Virus record (IMG/VR): IMGVR_UViG_3300045051_000365
Location: 9,201-73,200 of that record
Length of the DNA: 64,000 bases
From: a virus
Direction: 5' to 3' (one strand)
Below the pieces are notes generated by a model. It searched no databases. It was given only the letters and a program-made list of their open reading frames with translations, and was not told the origin of the DNA. A program made the position numbers and the translations under genes. Below are positions 1 to 9,515 of this stretch, piece after piece (position 1 is the stretch's first letter; each line of letters begins with the position of its first letter).

Positions 1-1224
1 GACCACGGGGGAACGAAGGAGAAAATGCAAGAATTAAATTCCGCTTGGGAAATCCTTAGAAAACAGGAACATTTATTTTCGGGGAATGAATTATCGACGG
101 ATAACCGGATCGTGATCGGACTGACAGCGACCCCGTGGCGATTGTCGAAGCGGGAGGAAATGGGGGACATTTTCGAGACACAAGTTACCGGCCCGACCCC
201 GAGAGAGATGATCGACCGCGGCGCGCTCGTGGGATGCGTCTACTTCGCTACTAAAGACCAGATCGACACGAAAGGAGTTAAGTCTACCGGCGGTGATTTC
301 GACGCGGCGGAACTCGAAACCCGTTGTCTTGAGGCGGTACAGTCGATCGTCGGGGAATACAAAAGGCTCGGGCAGGATCGTCCGTTCGTCTGTTTCGCCG
401 CGGGGAAAGTTCACGCCGCCTCGCTCGCGAAAGAATTCACCGATCGGGGGATTCCCGTCGCCACGATCACCGCGGAAACCCCGCACGAGGAAAGACGGGA
501 AATATTTAAAAACGTGGCGCGACTGAAAACGCGGGGGATTATCAATATCAATACTTGCGGTATCGGGTTCAATCTGCCCGAAATTAGCTGTATTATTCAT
601 TCCCGCCCTACTAAGAGTACGACCCTTTATATCCAGATGACCGGCCGCGGTCAACGGATCTGCAAGTGGCTCGGGAAAGAGGACTGTATCGTTCTCGATC
701 AGGCGGGAAACGTGAAGCGTCACGGCTTTATCGAGGACGTGACCTATCCCGTTCTCCGGGGATCTGGAGACATCGAGAAGGGCGAGGCTCCCGTCAAGGA
801 ATGCGAGAATTGCGGTTGCATGGTTCACGCGTCGGCGCGGGTCTGTCCCGAGTGCGGGTTCGAGTTTATTTCCGAGGGGAAAGAGAGGCGGATAGCGAAC
901 GAGAAGTTACAGCTTTTAGTCTCGGACGAGGATAAAAAAATCTATTACGCCTATCGGGAAGCGCGGCGGGAAGCGTATAAAAAAGGGAAGAAGCCCGAAG
1001 CCGCTAGGTTCGATGTTGCTAGGATCTATAAATTAACGGATTGGTGGCCAAAGAAGTTCTGGAAGCTTCACGCGGTATTCGGGGAGAAGTATACTGAAGA
1101 CAACGTGAAAAGTTATCAAGATTATTTGAATCGTTGTTGCGGCGGTATCGATAATCAAAAATGGGTAGAAAGCAAAATGCGCGAGGAGTTCGGGGATGAC
1201 TACGGCGAGAATACTGGGAAGTAA
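1..1224 (+). CDS. SF2 (DEAD/DEAH, RadD-like) helicase with C-terminal Zn ribbon, 5'-truncated by window
   Basis: Motif III GLTATP, motif V GIGFNLP, motif VI YIQMTGRG, CENC..CPEC. The frame is open back to base 1. Confidence 0.9.
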   Translation, partial: DHGGTKEKMQELNSAWEILRKQEHLFSGNELSTDNRIVIGLTATPWRLSKREEMGDIFETQVTGPTPREMIDRGALVGCVYFATKDQIDTKGVKSTGGDFDAAELETRCLEAVQSIVGEYKRLGQDRPFVCFAAGKVHAASLAKEFTDRGIPVATITAETPHEERREIFKNVARLKTRGIININTCGIGFNLPEISCIIHSRPTKSTTLYIQMTGRGQRICKWLGKEDCIVLDQAGNVKRHGFIEDVTYPVLRGSGDIEKGEAPVKECENCGCMVHASARVCPECGFEFISEGKERRIANEKLQLLVSDEDKKIYYAYREARREAYKKGKKPEAARFDVARIYKLTDWWPKKFWKLHAVFGEKYTEDNVKSYQDYLNRCCGGIDNQKWVESKMREEFGDDYGENTGK

Positions 1225-2815
1225 CGGGCTATTACTGTCCTCCTCTCAAGAATATAAAGAACAGGTCGCGAACGAATTATTTAGACTCGTCAGCGTCGCC
1301 CGCGCGCCGATCGTCTCCCGAATTGTCACGACCCCCCCGACGAACGGACTAAGCCCCGATTCGTTCTATATCGTTCCCGCGGGCGCGTCTGGCGCGTGGT
1401 CGGGAAAGACCGATAAAATCGCTTGCCCGGCGATCGGGTTAAGCGGACAGGTAATTTCGGGCGCGTGGAAATTTTACGATCCTTTCGAGGGATTAAAAGT
1501 ATCGCTCCTCTCGGGAGGGGATCTAGTTTATAGCGGGAACGAGTGGGCGGCCGCTCCGGGCGGGGGCGATATGCTCGCGGACGATTACGACTCGGACGGG
1601 GATCTAAAAGTTGACGCGGCGGAAGTCGCGGACGAGATCGCCGGGACTCCCTCGGGCGATAACGTCTACGGCGTTAAAGACGGGGTAAAGGGCTGGACGG
1701 GTTTTTCCGCGTGGGTAAGATCGGTTCCCCTGTTCGGGCTAGTCACGGGAGCGAATACGGCGATCACCAACTCGAATACTATTATTCAAGCTTTCCAGAA
1801 CTTACAGGCGCAAATTACCGCGATCCTGACGGGAGGAAGACTGATCCCGCCGGGCGGGACAACGGGGCAAGTTCTCAAGAAGTCCACGAACGGGGATTAC
1901 GCGGTCGGGTGGGGAGACGATAACGCGGGAACCTCGGGAAGTTCCGCTTTCACCGGACTCGCCGATACTTTTAGTTCGTTCACCGGCCGCGCCTCTCAAT
2001 TTCTACGGGTGAACGCGGCGGGAACTTTAATCGAGTCGATCGCTCTCGGGGCGGCCGCTTTCCTCAAGCCCGGAACCGACCCCGGAGATCTGTTGCAAAG
2101 AGACGTGGACGGACGCTATCCCGCCGGTGACGGACGCAATATCACGGCGATCAACGCGGGGAATATCACGACGGGAACACTCAGCACCGCCCGACTCGAT
2201 ACGGGGACGACAGCGGGGAAAGTGGTGGTTCTCGATGGAGCGGGAAAGTTACCGGCGGTGGACGGGAGCCAGCTTACGAACCTTCCGTCCGGTGGTGGAT
2301 CGGCTATCACCGTATCCGACGAGGGGACAAATCTCACATCCAACGCCACGAGTTTTAATTTCACGGGGTCGGGAGTAACGGCGACTAATTCTGGTGGTGC
2401 TGTTACGGTTAATGTGAGTGGTGGAGGATCTTCCCTCACCACATCCGTCATCACCGCTAACACCACGGCAGTATCCAATACCCGTTATCTCTGCAACACC
2501 TCTAGCGGATCTTTCACTCTCACCCTTCCCGCGTCTCCAAACAACAGTGATGTTATCGAGATAGCCGACTTTAATAACTCCTCTCTACTCACGGGATTCG
2601 GGATTAATCCACTCACGATTACCGCCAATACGGGACATAATATCGTCGGGAATACGAATCTAGTATTAGATAGGGGAGGACAGGGAGTAGAGTTAGTATT
2701 CCATACGAATCGATGGAGTATTGTTAGTGGGATAGGGGAAAATTCAACGTTGGTATTGTTACAGAATCAATTATTAGCAGAGGTACAGGCTGTTATGTTA
2801 GCGGGAGGATTTTAG
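1196..2815 (+). CDS. Tail fibre protein with N-terminal DUF2793-like domain
   Basis: N-terminal YIVPAGASGAWSGK..IA..W.F..P.EG pattern, Gly/Ser/Thr-rich fibre repeats, and a C-terminal T4 gp34-like YLCNTSSGSFTLTLPASP repeat. Confidence 0.8.
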   Translation: MTTARILGSNGLLLSSSQEYKEQVANELFRLVSVARAPIVSRIVTTPPTNGLSPDSFYIVPAGASGAWSGKTDKIACPAIGLSGQVISGAWKFYDPFEGLKVSLLSGGDLVYSGNEWAAAPGGGDMLADDYDSDGDLKVDAAEVADEIAGTPSGDNVYGVKDGVKGWTGFSAWVRSVPLFGLVTGANTAITNSNTIIQAFQNLQAQITAILTGGRLIPPGGTTGQVLKKSTNGDYAVGWGDDNAGTSGSSAFTGLADTFSSFTGRASQFLRVNAAGTLIESIALGAAAFLKPGTDPGDLLQRDVDGRYPAGDGRNITAINAGNITTGTLSTARLDTGTTAGKVVVLDGAGKLPAVDGSQLTNLPSGGGSAITVSDEGTNLTSNATSFNFTGSGVTATNSGGAVTVNVSGGGSSLTTSVITANTTAVSNTRYLCNTSSGSFTLTLPASPNNSDVIEIADFNNSSLLTGFGINPLTITANTGHNIVGNTNLVLDRGGQGVELVFHTNRWSIVSGIGENSTLVLLQNQLLAEVQAVMLAGGF

Positions 2816-2816
2816 A

Positions 2817-3563
2817 ATGGTCTATCTCGGTTCTATGTTTAATCAAGCGGTATTACTTCCGAATCTAAAAAACGGTTTAATATCGTGGTGGGATCTAGAA
2901 GAGATTTCGGGAAATCGCTTAGATTCTCACGGAACTAATCATCTAACCGCAACTAATGTTAGTTATCGAAATCATCTATCGACAAGTAGCCCGAACTTTC
3001 AATATTCATTGTCGGTAGCGAATAATTCTACATTAGAACTAGCTTCTAAGAGTTTTACAATCTGCTGTTCTGTAGCTTTGTTTCAATCACCCTCCGTTAA
3101 TGGGAATTATTTCTTTATTTTTAACAAAGACAATATTGGGACAAATGGAAGGGAATGGGGTTTAATTATAACGTCTGTCAGCGATCCAGTAGCGAATAGA
3201 TTTATATTCGGTATATTCAATAAAGATGTTGGTGGTGGACAAGATACTATAACCGCTAATAACGCAGGAAACTTTACTCTCAATACCCGTTACTGGATAG
3301 TCTGTAAATACAATAAATTATCGGGTACTATATCGATTCGAGTCAATAACGGAATATCCGATACTAAAACCTACAACAATGCTATCATTCACTCTAATAC
3401 TCCTAGTCCTGTTAGATTGAGTGCATCTTCGGGAACAGGTACACCTTACGGGTTAAACGGGGTAATTACAAAAGCCTGTATTTACGAGAAGATATTATCT
3501 GATGTTGAGGAGGATTATCTATGGAACAATGGAAGATTACGAAATTACCACGAATTATACTAG
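2817..3563 (+). CDS. LamG/ConA-like adhesin
   Basis: LISWWDLEE..DSHG.NHLT start and IYEKILSD.E...LWNNG end typical of LamG-like folds. Confidence 0.7.
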   Translation: MVYLGSMFNQAVLLPNLKNGLISWWDLEEISGNRLDSHGTNHLTATNVSYRNHLSTSSPNFQYSLSVANNSTLELASKSFTICCSVALFQSPSVNGNYFFIFNKDNIGTNGREWGLIITSVSDPVANRFIFGIFNKDVGGGQDTITANNAGNFTLNTRYWIVCKYNKLSGTISIRVNNGISDTKTYNNAIIHSNTPSPVRLSASSGTGTPYGLNGVITKACIYEKILSDVEEDYLWNNGRLRNYHELY

Positions 3564-3590
3564 CCGATATTCAAGCAGGAGGGATTTAAG

Positions 3591-4217
3591 ATGACGGTAG
3601 GATTGAGTGGGTTGTATACAACAGGGCAGACCGTACCGACAGAGCCTTTTAGCTTATCGATAAAACTCGGTAACAGTCAGTTTTATACATTTACTGGAAA
3701 TCACAACGGTTTGGTTTTACCGATTTCAACATCCGTGCCGTCATCTCTTACTTTTGGTGTTTGGATTAAACCATCCTCGGTTTCGGGTGTGCAGAATATT
3801 CTTTCCAAAAACAGTTATTTCGCCACGGGGACGGGAGATTTTCCCCTCTCGTTTAGTTTGACCAGTTCATCTTTAGGACTTAATCTCGATGGTGGCAACG
3901 ATTTCTCGCCCGACCTAACTCTAAATTCTTCGGGAGTGACGATTACTACCGGCGCGTGGAGACATATCGGGTTCAGTTATTCTAATAACGGACAATCTCG
4001 ACTATATATCGATGGAGTCGTAAACGCTTCAACGTCTATAAACTTTTCTGTTGGTAATAATTCAAGAAATTGGACACTGGGTAAGTGTAGTTTTTTTAAT
4101 TCGGGAGATAGTCAACTTCGTTATTCTGGAGATATGTTCGATCCGTTTATAGCGATCGGGGAACAATCTGATTTTTTGATAGCTACTTTATTCCAGAAGA
4201 AACCTTTTATTAACTAA
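3591..4217 (+). CDS. LamG/ConA-like adhesin
   Basis: TFGVWIKP, WRHIGFSY, RLYIDG, YSGDM.D motifs. Confidence 0.75.
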   Translation: MTVGLSGLYTTGQTVPTEPFSLSIKLGNSQFYTFTGNHNGLVLPISTSVPSSLTFGVWIKPSSVSGVQNILSKNSYFATGTGDFPLSFSLTSSSLGLNLDGGNDFSPDLTLNSSGVTITTGAWRHIGFSYSNNGQSRLYIDGVVNASTSINFSVGNNSRNWTLGKCSFFNSGDSQLRYSGDMFDPFIAIGEQSDFLIATLFQKKPFIN

Positions 4218-4222
4218 ACATC

Positions 4223-4639
4223 ATGCCTAAAACCTACGTCTCACCAGCCGCTCAAAACATCAACGCTCAAGTTCCGCAAACCTTCGCTAACAGTGACGGA
4301 ACCAACATCAAAACCTGTTACACGGCGGGAGCGGACGACTCGAATATCAAAGCGATTATCGTCACCAGTACCGATACGAGTTCTAAAGACATTCAATTTT
4401 ATATCTCTGACGGAACCAGTAACTTTATCCTGAGAAGGGTCACTATTCCCGCGAGTAGTGGAAACTCTACTTCCGCTTTACCCGTAGATTGTTTATCGGG
4501 CATACCGGGATTACCGTTCGACGCTCAGGGTAATCGTATCTTACAGTTGAGAAGAGGGTTTCAATTGCGGGCTAATTTAGTTAGCGCGGCTAGTTCGGGA
4601 ACTCAGATTAATGTTATAGCGATCGGGGAGGATTATTAA
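4223..4639 (+). CDS. Small beta-rich fibre-associated virion protein
   Basis: Position in fibre cluster, beta-sandwich-like sequence ending INVIAIGEDY, TAATG coupling to next gene. Confidence 0.55.
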   Translation: MPKTYVSPAAQNINAQVPQTFANSDGTNIKTCYTAGADDSNIKAIIVTSTDTSSKDIQFYISDGTSNFILRRVTIPASSGNSTSALPVDCLSGIPGLPFDAQGNRILQLRRGFQLRANLVSAASSGTQINVIAIGEDY

Positions 4640-5454
4640 TGCTAGGAATGAGAGGGATGGAGTTAGCGGCGGCTAAATTAATCAGATCGATCGGATCGGG
4701 ATTATTATTGTCAAACTCCGGGCAACTTTCTTTAGATACAAGCGTAGTTCCGAGTACACTTTACAACGGACTTGTATATAATTTTCCGTTCGATAATTTC
4801 GCTTACTCGATCGCCCAAGCCGCTAGTTTTAACAACGCGATCACGGGAAATAATTACAATAGTTCCCCGAAGCTCGGAACCCGATGCTTGGTAAATACCG
4901 GATCGGGATATACGCTCGATAGCAATGTCTGGCGAACGGTCAACTTCAATCGGGATTTCGGGGTCGCTTTTTGGTTTTATCCTACTGTGATTACAGGGGG
5001 ATCTAGTGCTTCACCTTTTGCAATAGACTCTATAACCACGAGTGGGTCTGCGTTTTGGATGTTTGTTGTTAATTTTTTCTCCCGAAATAGCGGGGGAAGC
5101 GGTACGACTGCCCCTCGATTAATAGCGAGAGACAATATCGATTTACAACTATCCAGCAGTCAGGTTGCGCTTAATACTTGGTGTCATGTAGCAGTTAGAT
5201 ATAGCGCGTCCTCTCGCAACTTTGTACTTTCTATCAACGGAGTCCATTACAATGCACCGGGAACGATCGGCACTGGCTTTACCGACGAAAATAGTTCGAG
5301 TTCGGCGCGGATTTATCTCTTCGGGGGAAGTAGCGGAACTTCCGACAACCTGAATCACACCGATCGCCTCGATCAGCTTCTCTGGTGGTATCGTAGACCG
5401 ACGGATTCCGAGATAGCCGCGCTCTACAACAACGGGAACGGACTTGAATTATAG
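4639..5454 (+). CDS. LamG/ConA-like adhesin
   Basis: FGVAFWFYP, NTWCHVAV.Y, LDQL..Y.R..TDSEIAALYNNGNG. Confidence 0.75.
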   Translation: MLGMRGMELAAAKLIRSIGSGLLLSNSGQLSLDTSVVPSTLYNGLVYNFPFDNFAYSIAQAASFNNAITGNNYNSSPKLGTRCLVNTGSGYTLDSNVWRTVNFNRDFGVAFWFYPTVITGGSSASPFAIDSITTSGSAFWMFVVNFFSRNSGGSGTTAPRLIARDNIDLQLSSSQVALNTWCHVAVRYSASSRNFVLSINGVHYNAPGTIGTGFTDENSSSSARIYLFGGSSGTSDNLNHTDRLDQLLWWYRRPTDSEIAALYNNGNGLEL

Positions 5455-5458
5455 GCAA

Positions 5459-5486
5459 AAATCACCCCCGATAAAGAGGGTGATTT
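5459..5486. terminator. Bidirectional hairpin between convergent genes
   Basis: AAATCACCC-loop-GGGTGATTT. Confidence 0.65.
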
Positions 5487-5503
5487 ATTAGCCTAAACCT
5501 CGA

Positions 5504-5662
5504 TTAAATACGGGGAGCCGAGGTACACGTCGGAGGAGAGACGATCGGGTAACATCGAAGACCGTGAGCCTCGTTAGAAGGTTTTTCGGTTTGAGCCAGA
5601 GCGGAACCGGCAAGGGAAGCGAAAACGAGAGCGGAAAGAGCGAGAGATTTTAAAAATTTCAT
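5504..5662 (-). CDS. 52-aa secreted peptide precursor (not in ORF track)
   Basis: MKFLKSLALSALVFASLAGSALA|QTEKPSNEAHGLRCYPIVSPPTCTSAPRI*. AGGTG RBS 8 nt upstream and hairpin terminator downstream. Confidence 0.8.
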   Translation of the reverse strand: MKFLKSLALSALVFASLAGSALAQTEKPSNEAHGLRCYPIVSPPTCTSAPRI

Positions 5663-5821
5663 ATAGATGCACCTGAATTAAAGTCTTGATACACCTATCT
5701 TTCCCCTCCGATTCGGAAGGGCGATCGGGGGAATTCTCGGAAATCTTAAAAAAACATACTTTTCTCTTACGTGAAACTGTCAGGAAGAAAGGTACAATCG
5801 TGTTGACGCTTTCCCGATACC

Positions 5822-8161
5822 ATGAATCTCTACTACCACGTTTTCGGAACCTGTAGGGAGAAATCCCTAAACGGATCGCAGGATAATCCCGCTTTTTGGC
5901 GAACATTAAACCCGATTTCGTGGGATAAAGTCCCAAGGCTAGATATAGCAAGCGTGGACGATAACAGAGGGACAAGCACTTTCGGACAACAATGGAAGAT
6001 TGTCACTAAATACAAGCAAATACAGGGAATTGGTTATATTTCCGAAACTAATTACAACGCGCGGGAAACCGGGGCTATAGATTTCGGATTCGGAGGAGGC
6101 GAAATTTATAGAACGTCCGCTAACTACTCTTCTCAAGGGTCGATCTCCGGACACACTCGACTCGGCTACGATGTCGAGATCGTCGCGGTCGTTCGGGTCA
6201 CGAATCCCGCCCATTTTCCACTAAATCCCTATCCCGTAGATCTTCCCGAATTCCCGATCCTACCCGACAAGGATTTTTCTGTAGAGATTCAATTCAGTAA
6301 TTACGAATACGACAACACCGGCGACGCGGAACAGAGGATCGTGGAATGGGCAGACCCGATCCGCGTTTTCAACCTCTCCCGATCCGCTCTCCGAACCGAA
6401 GATCTCGATCGCCTTCTCGATTTTCACGAGGCGAGGAAAGGGGCGAAAGGGGATTTTCTCTACCGGGATCTCTCGGACGATCGGGCTACTAGGATTCCCG
6501 TGAATCTCGGCAATGGGGCGAGTACGCAAGGCGTTTTATATCCCGACGCGGACGGAACTCGAACCGAGTTTATCCTGACAAAAGCTTACTCGTGCGGCGG
6601 AAGCGTCCACTACCGTCCGATTCTCTATCCCGACGCGGGACTCAAGATCTACCGCGGAAACACCGAACTAAGCGGGTACGTTGTCGCGCCGGATCGGATC
6701 GTTTTCGATAGCCCGCCATCCGCGGGACTATTGACATGGGAAGGAACTTTTAAAATTCCCTGTTCTTTCGAGAGCGATCGCCTCGACTATCGGCCGCTGG
6801 TCAAGACTATAGACGGGAATCCGACAACAATTAAAGGCGTTTTCGAGATCCCGAAATTCGTACTACGCGAGTCGAGAATCGAACCGGCGATCGTTCCCGC
6901 GGACGTGTTCGAGGGTAGCACGTCCCACGTTTTCGGGCTTAATCTTTACAAAGCCTCGACACTATCCCCCGAATTCCAGACTAATATTATCGACCTCTCT
7001 AGCGGGGAGCGAAAACGGTTCGCGCGTCGGGGGAAACCCTCGGACACTAATTCGCTACAGCAGAGAAAAACCTTACGCCAGCGAGATATAGAGTATCTAA
7101 CCTGCCTCTGGCTCTCTCACAAGGGAACCGGCGCGACGTTTCTTTTTCCCGATCTCCTGAACGGGGGAAACGTAATATCGCGATTTAACTCGAAATCCCT
7201 AAGCTACTCCAATCAGACGATCCAACGCGTCTACTCCCTCGGGGAACTCCAGATCCGACGATTCACGGACGGAGCTAGAACGGACGCGGGGACGGGGGGA
7301 TCGCTATCCTCTCCCGTACTCACGATCTGCCGGTCCGTACTGATCGAACTCGCGGACGGGGAAAAGCTCGGGTACACGAATCACTCGCGGGATCTAAGGA
7401 TCGACGGCGTGACGTACCGCGCCCGCCGCGCCCTCGATCCCACCGCGCTCGATCGCTCTCTCGGGTTTAACTCCGATAACGAGGAATTCCGCGGCGCGTT
7501 CACCGACGATCTAAAAGAATCCTTGATTCTCTCGCCCCGATTTCAAGAGGCAAAAATTATCACGGCCGTAGTGGACTGGCGAGATCTCCCCGACTCGCTT
7601 CTCGATCTACCCGACGAGCGGGTACAGATAGGATTTGTCGGGGAGATCGCCTCGAAAAGCGGCGAAACCTATACTCTCGAAAATTTAACCGAGGCGAGTA
7701 TCAAGCTCCGGCAATCGCGGGACGAACGGGTAACGCCCCTGTGCCGGTGGTTTTTCGGACAGGATAACGGCGACGGAACGGGATGCCGGAAAAGTATTCC
7801 GACCTACACGAGTTCGGTGCGAACCGTCACCGATCGCCGCGTTATCGAGGTCTACGGGGTATTCGATAACCTTTCATGGGGAACCCTGACGTTTTTAGAT
7901 GGCAAGAACAAGAGCGCGTCGTACCCGATCTATAGATCCGAGTCTTACCCCGCGTCCTCGGGAACTACGAGGATCGAGTTATTCACCGGCGCGTCCGATT
8001 CAATTTTCGCTCACGACAAGGTAAGACTAACCGCGGGATGCGATCGGACTTACGGGACGTGCCGAACGCTCTGGGACAATACGGGCAATTTCGGCGGGGT
8101 TCCCTCATCCGGGAATTTTATGCCCGGCGGAAAGTTCCTGTTCGCCTCCCCGACTCGGTAA
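5822..8161 (+). CDS. Fused tail-tip protein: two DUF2460 (TIGR02217, Dit-like) domains plus DUF2163/BR0599 (TIGR02218, hub-like)
   Basis: EQRIVEWADP..LLDFHEARKG..F.YRD; second copy PEFQTNIIDLSSGERKR..FLFPD; LGYTNHSRDL.IDG.TY; GCDRTYGTC...N..NFGG.P. Confidence 0.85.
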   Translation: MNLYYHVFGTCREKSLNGSQDNPAFWRTLNPISWDKVPRLDIASVDDNRGTSTFGQQWKIVTKYKQIQGIGYISETNYNARETGAIDFGFGGGEIYRTSANYSSQGSISGHTRLGYDVEIVAVVRVTNPAHFPLNPYPVDLPEFPILPDKDFSVEIQFSNYEYDNTGDAEQRIVEWADPIRVFNLSRSALRTEDLDRLLDFHEARKGAKGDFLYRDLSDDRATRIPVNLGNGASTQGVLYPDADGTRTEFILTKAYSCGGSVHYRPILYPDAGLKIYRGNTELSGYVVAPDRIVFDSPPSAGLLTWEGTFKIPCSFESDRLDYRPLVKTIDGNPTTIKGVFEIPKFVLRESRIEPAIVPADVFEGSTSHVFGLNLYKASTLSPEFQTNIIDLSSGERKRFARRGKPSDTNSLQQRKTLRQRDIEYLTCLWLSHKGTGATFLFPDLLNGGNVISRFNSKSLSYSNQTIQRVYSLGELQIRRFTDGARTDAGTGGSLSSPVLTICRSVLIELADGEKLGYTNHSRDLRIDGVTYRARRALDPTALDRSLGFNSDNEEFRGAFTDDLKESLILSPRFQEAKIITAVVDWRDLPDSLLDLPDERVQIGFVGEIASKSGETYTLENLTEASIKLRQSRDERVTPLCRWFFGQDNGDGTGCRKSIPTYTSSVRTVTDRRVIEVYGVFDNLSWGTLTFLDGKNKSASYPIYRSESYPASSGTTRIELFTGASDSIFAHDKVRLTAGCDRTYGTCRTLWDNTGNFGGVPSSGNFMPGGKFLFASPTR

Positions 8162-8188
8162 AATTACAGATAGAACGAAAGATCTATT

Positions 8189-8692
8189 ATGGAAAAAACT
8201 ATGACTGTCGCTACTTTTCCCACGGCCGTCACGCCGCCCCCGTCGCAATGGACGATTCAGGATTGGGGGGTCGTATTCAGTATTTCGATCGCCGTCGGTT
8301 CCGCGGTAGGTTCGTATTTCATGCTCCGATCGAGATCACAGGCTAAAGAGCTAGACGAGGCTACAATCGAGCGAGCCGCCGAATTAAGTGAGGCTCAGGC
8401 GGGCAGATTAGAGAAAATGATGGAACGCTTAGATACGAGCGTAGGACACCTTGACGGGTCGATCCGACAACTCGGGGAGAAGATCACGGGACTAACCGAA
8501 CGGCTCGCCGTCGTGGAGACAAAACAGCAAGTGGCCGATCAGATCATGCCGGTATACGAGCGGCAGTTCGGGGAACTCCGCTCGCGACAGGACGCGCTCG
8601 CTCATCGGCTCGTGACGATCCAACGCGGGCAAACGATGATTTTTTCTCACCTTAAAAAATTAACAGAAACTATCAACTCCTCAACAAAATGA
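8189..8692 (+). CDS. Single-TM plus coiled-coil protein upstream of endolysin (lysis-associated?)
   Basis: Hydrophobic WGVVFSISIAVGSAVGSYF segment then heptad-rich region; ATGA overlap with the endolysin. Confidence 0.5.
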   Translation: MEKTMTVATFPTAVTPPPSQWTIQDWGVVFSISIAVGSAVGSYFMLRSRSQAKELDEATIERAAELSEAQAGRLEKMMERLDTSVGHLDGSIRQLGEKITGLTERLAVVETKQQVADQIMPVYERQFGELRSRQDALAHRLVTIQRGQTMIFSHLKKLTETINSSTK

Positions 8693-9444
8693 GCAATAGT
8701 CTAATCGCCCTCCGGGATACGCTTCTAAAATCCTACCCGATCGACTCCTCCGATCCGAATCCCCCGGACGGATTCGCGACGATCCCGGTGAAGAAAGGGG
8801 AAAAAATTACCTATAACTGGATTCGCCCGAAAGGAAAGCACTTACTTTTCGAGGGAACCGAGATCCGGGGGGACTTCTGGAACTGGTACGCTTTCCGCGA
8901 TCACTTCGACAACTCGAATATCGATTCTCCCGTGGTTCGAGAGGATCAAGTAGAGTTTATCCTGAATCACCCGATCGCCGATTCCCTATTTAAGAGCCTC
9001 GACAATTGCCTGAAAAGATTCGAGATAACCACGATCCCCCGCGTTCGACACTTTATCTCGCAATGCGCCCACGAATCAATGGGATTCCGGCAATTCAGCG
9101 AGTTCGCATCGGGCGCGGCTTACGAGGGACGGAGAGATCTCGGGAACGTCCGCCCTGGTGACGGTCGCCGATTCAAGGGGGTCGGGGCGATTCAGGTCAC
9201 GGGACGGCACAACTACCAAAGATTCGCGGATTTCATCGGCGATCCCCGCGTGATGGAAGGGTGGCGGTACGTTGTCACGCGCTACCCGTTCGAGATCTCG
9301 GGATTCTGGTGGATGGATAACGCGATGAACTCGCTCATCGATCGGGGCGCGAGTGTAGAGCGAGTAACCCGACGCGTGAACGGAGGATACAACGGACTTA
9401 GCGATAGAATCAAATATTACAATAGAGCTTTACAAGCTATCTAA
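8689..9444 (+). CDS. Endolysin, glycoside hydrolase family 19
   Basis: FISQCAHES, YEGRRDLGN..GDG.RFKG.G.IQ.TGR.NY, VNGGYNG. Confidence 0.9.
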   Translation: MSNSLIALRDTLLKSYPIDSSDPNPPDGFATIPVKKGEKITYNWIRPKGKHLLFEGTEIRGDFWNWYAFRDHFDNSNIDSPVVREDQVEFILNHPIADSLFKSLDNCLKRFEITTIPRVRHFISQCAHESMGFRQFSEFASGAAYEGRRDLGNVRPGDGRRFKGVGAIQVTGRHNYQRFADFIGDPRVMEGWRYVVTRYPFEISGFWWMDNAMNSLIDRGASVERVTRRVNGGYNGLSDRIKYYNRALQAI

Positions 9445-9462
9445 AATCCTCTCTCTAATTTA

Positions 9463-9492
9463 CTTGACAATTCAAGAAAGCTTTAGTATTAT
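9463..9492 (+). promoter_or_regulatory. sigma70-type promoter with overlapping palindromic operator
   Basis: TTGACA-17-TATTAT; CTTGA-CAAT-TCAAG inverted repeat. Confidence 0.75.
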
Positions 9493-9515
9493 TTAGCTAA
9501 TCGAGCTTTCTGGAG

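Noticed and set aside
1196-5454. Diversity-generating retroelement or invertible fibre shufflon
   Set aside because: No reverse transcriptase, no TR/VR pair differing at adenines, no invertase or inverted fibre ends
5504-5662. PatS/PatX-like heterocyst-inhibitor peptide
   Set aside because: No RGSGR-type motif in the mature part
5574-5975. 133-aa minus-strand ORF in the track
   Set aside because: Overlaps the tail-tip gene antisense and has no protein-like features; the 5504..5662 frame has an RBS and signal peptide
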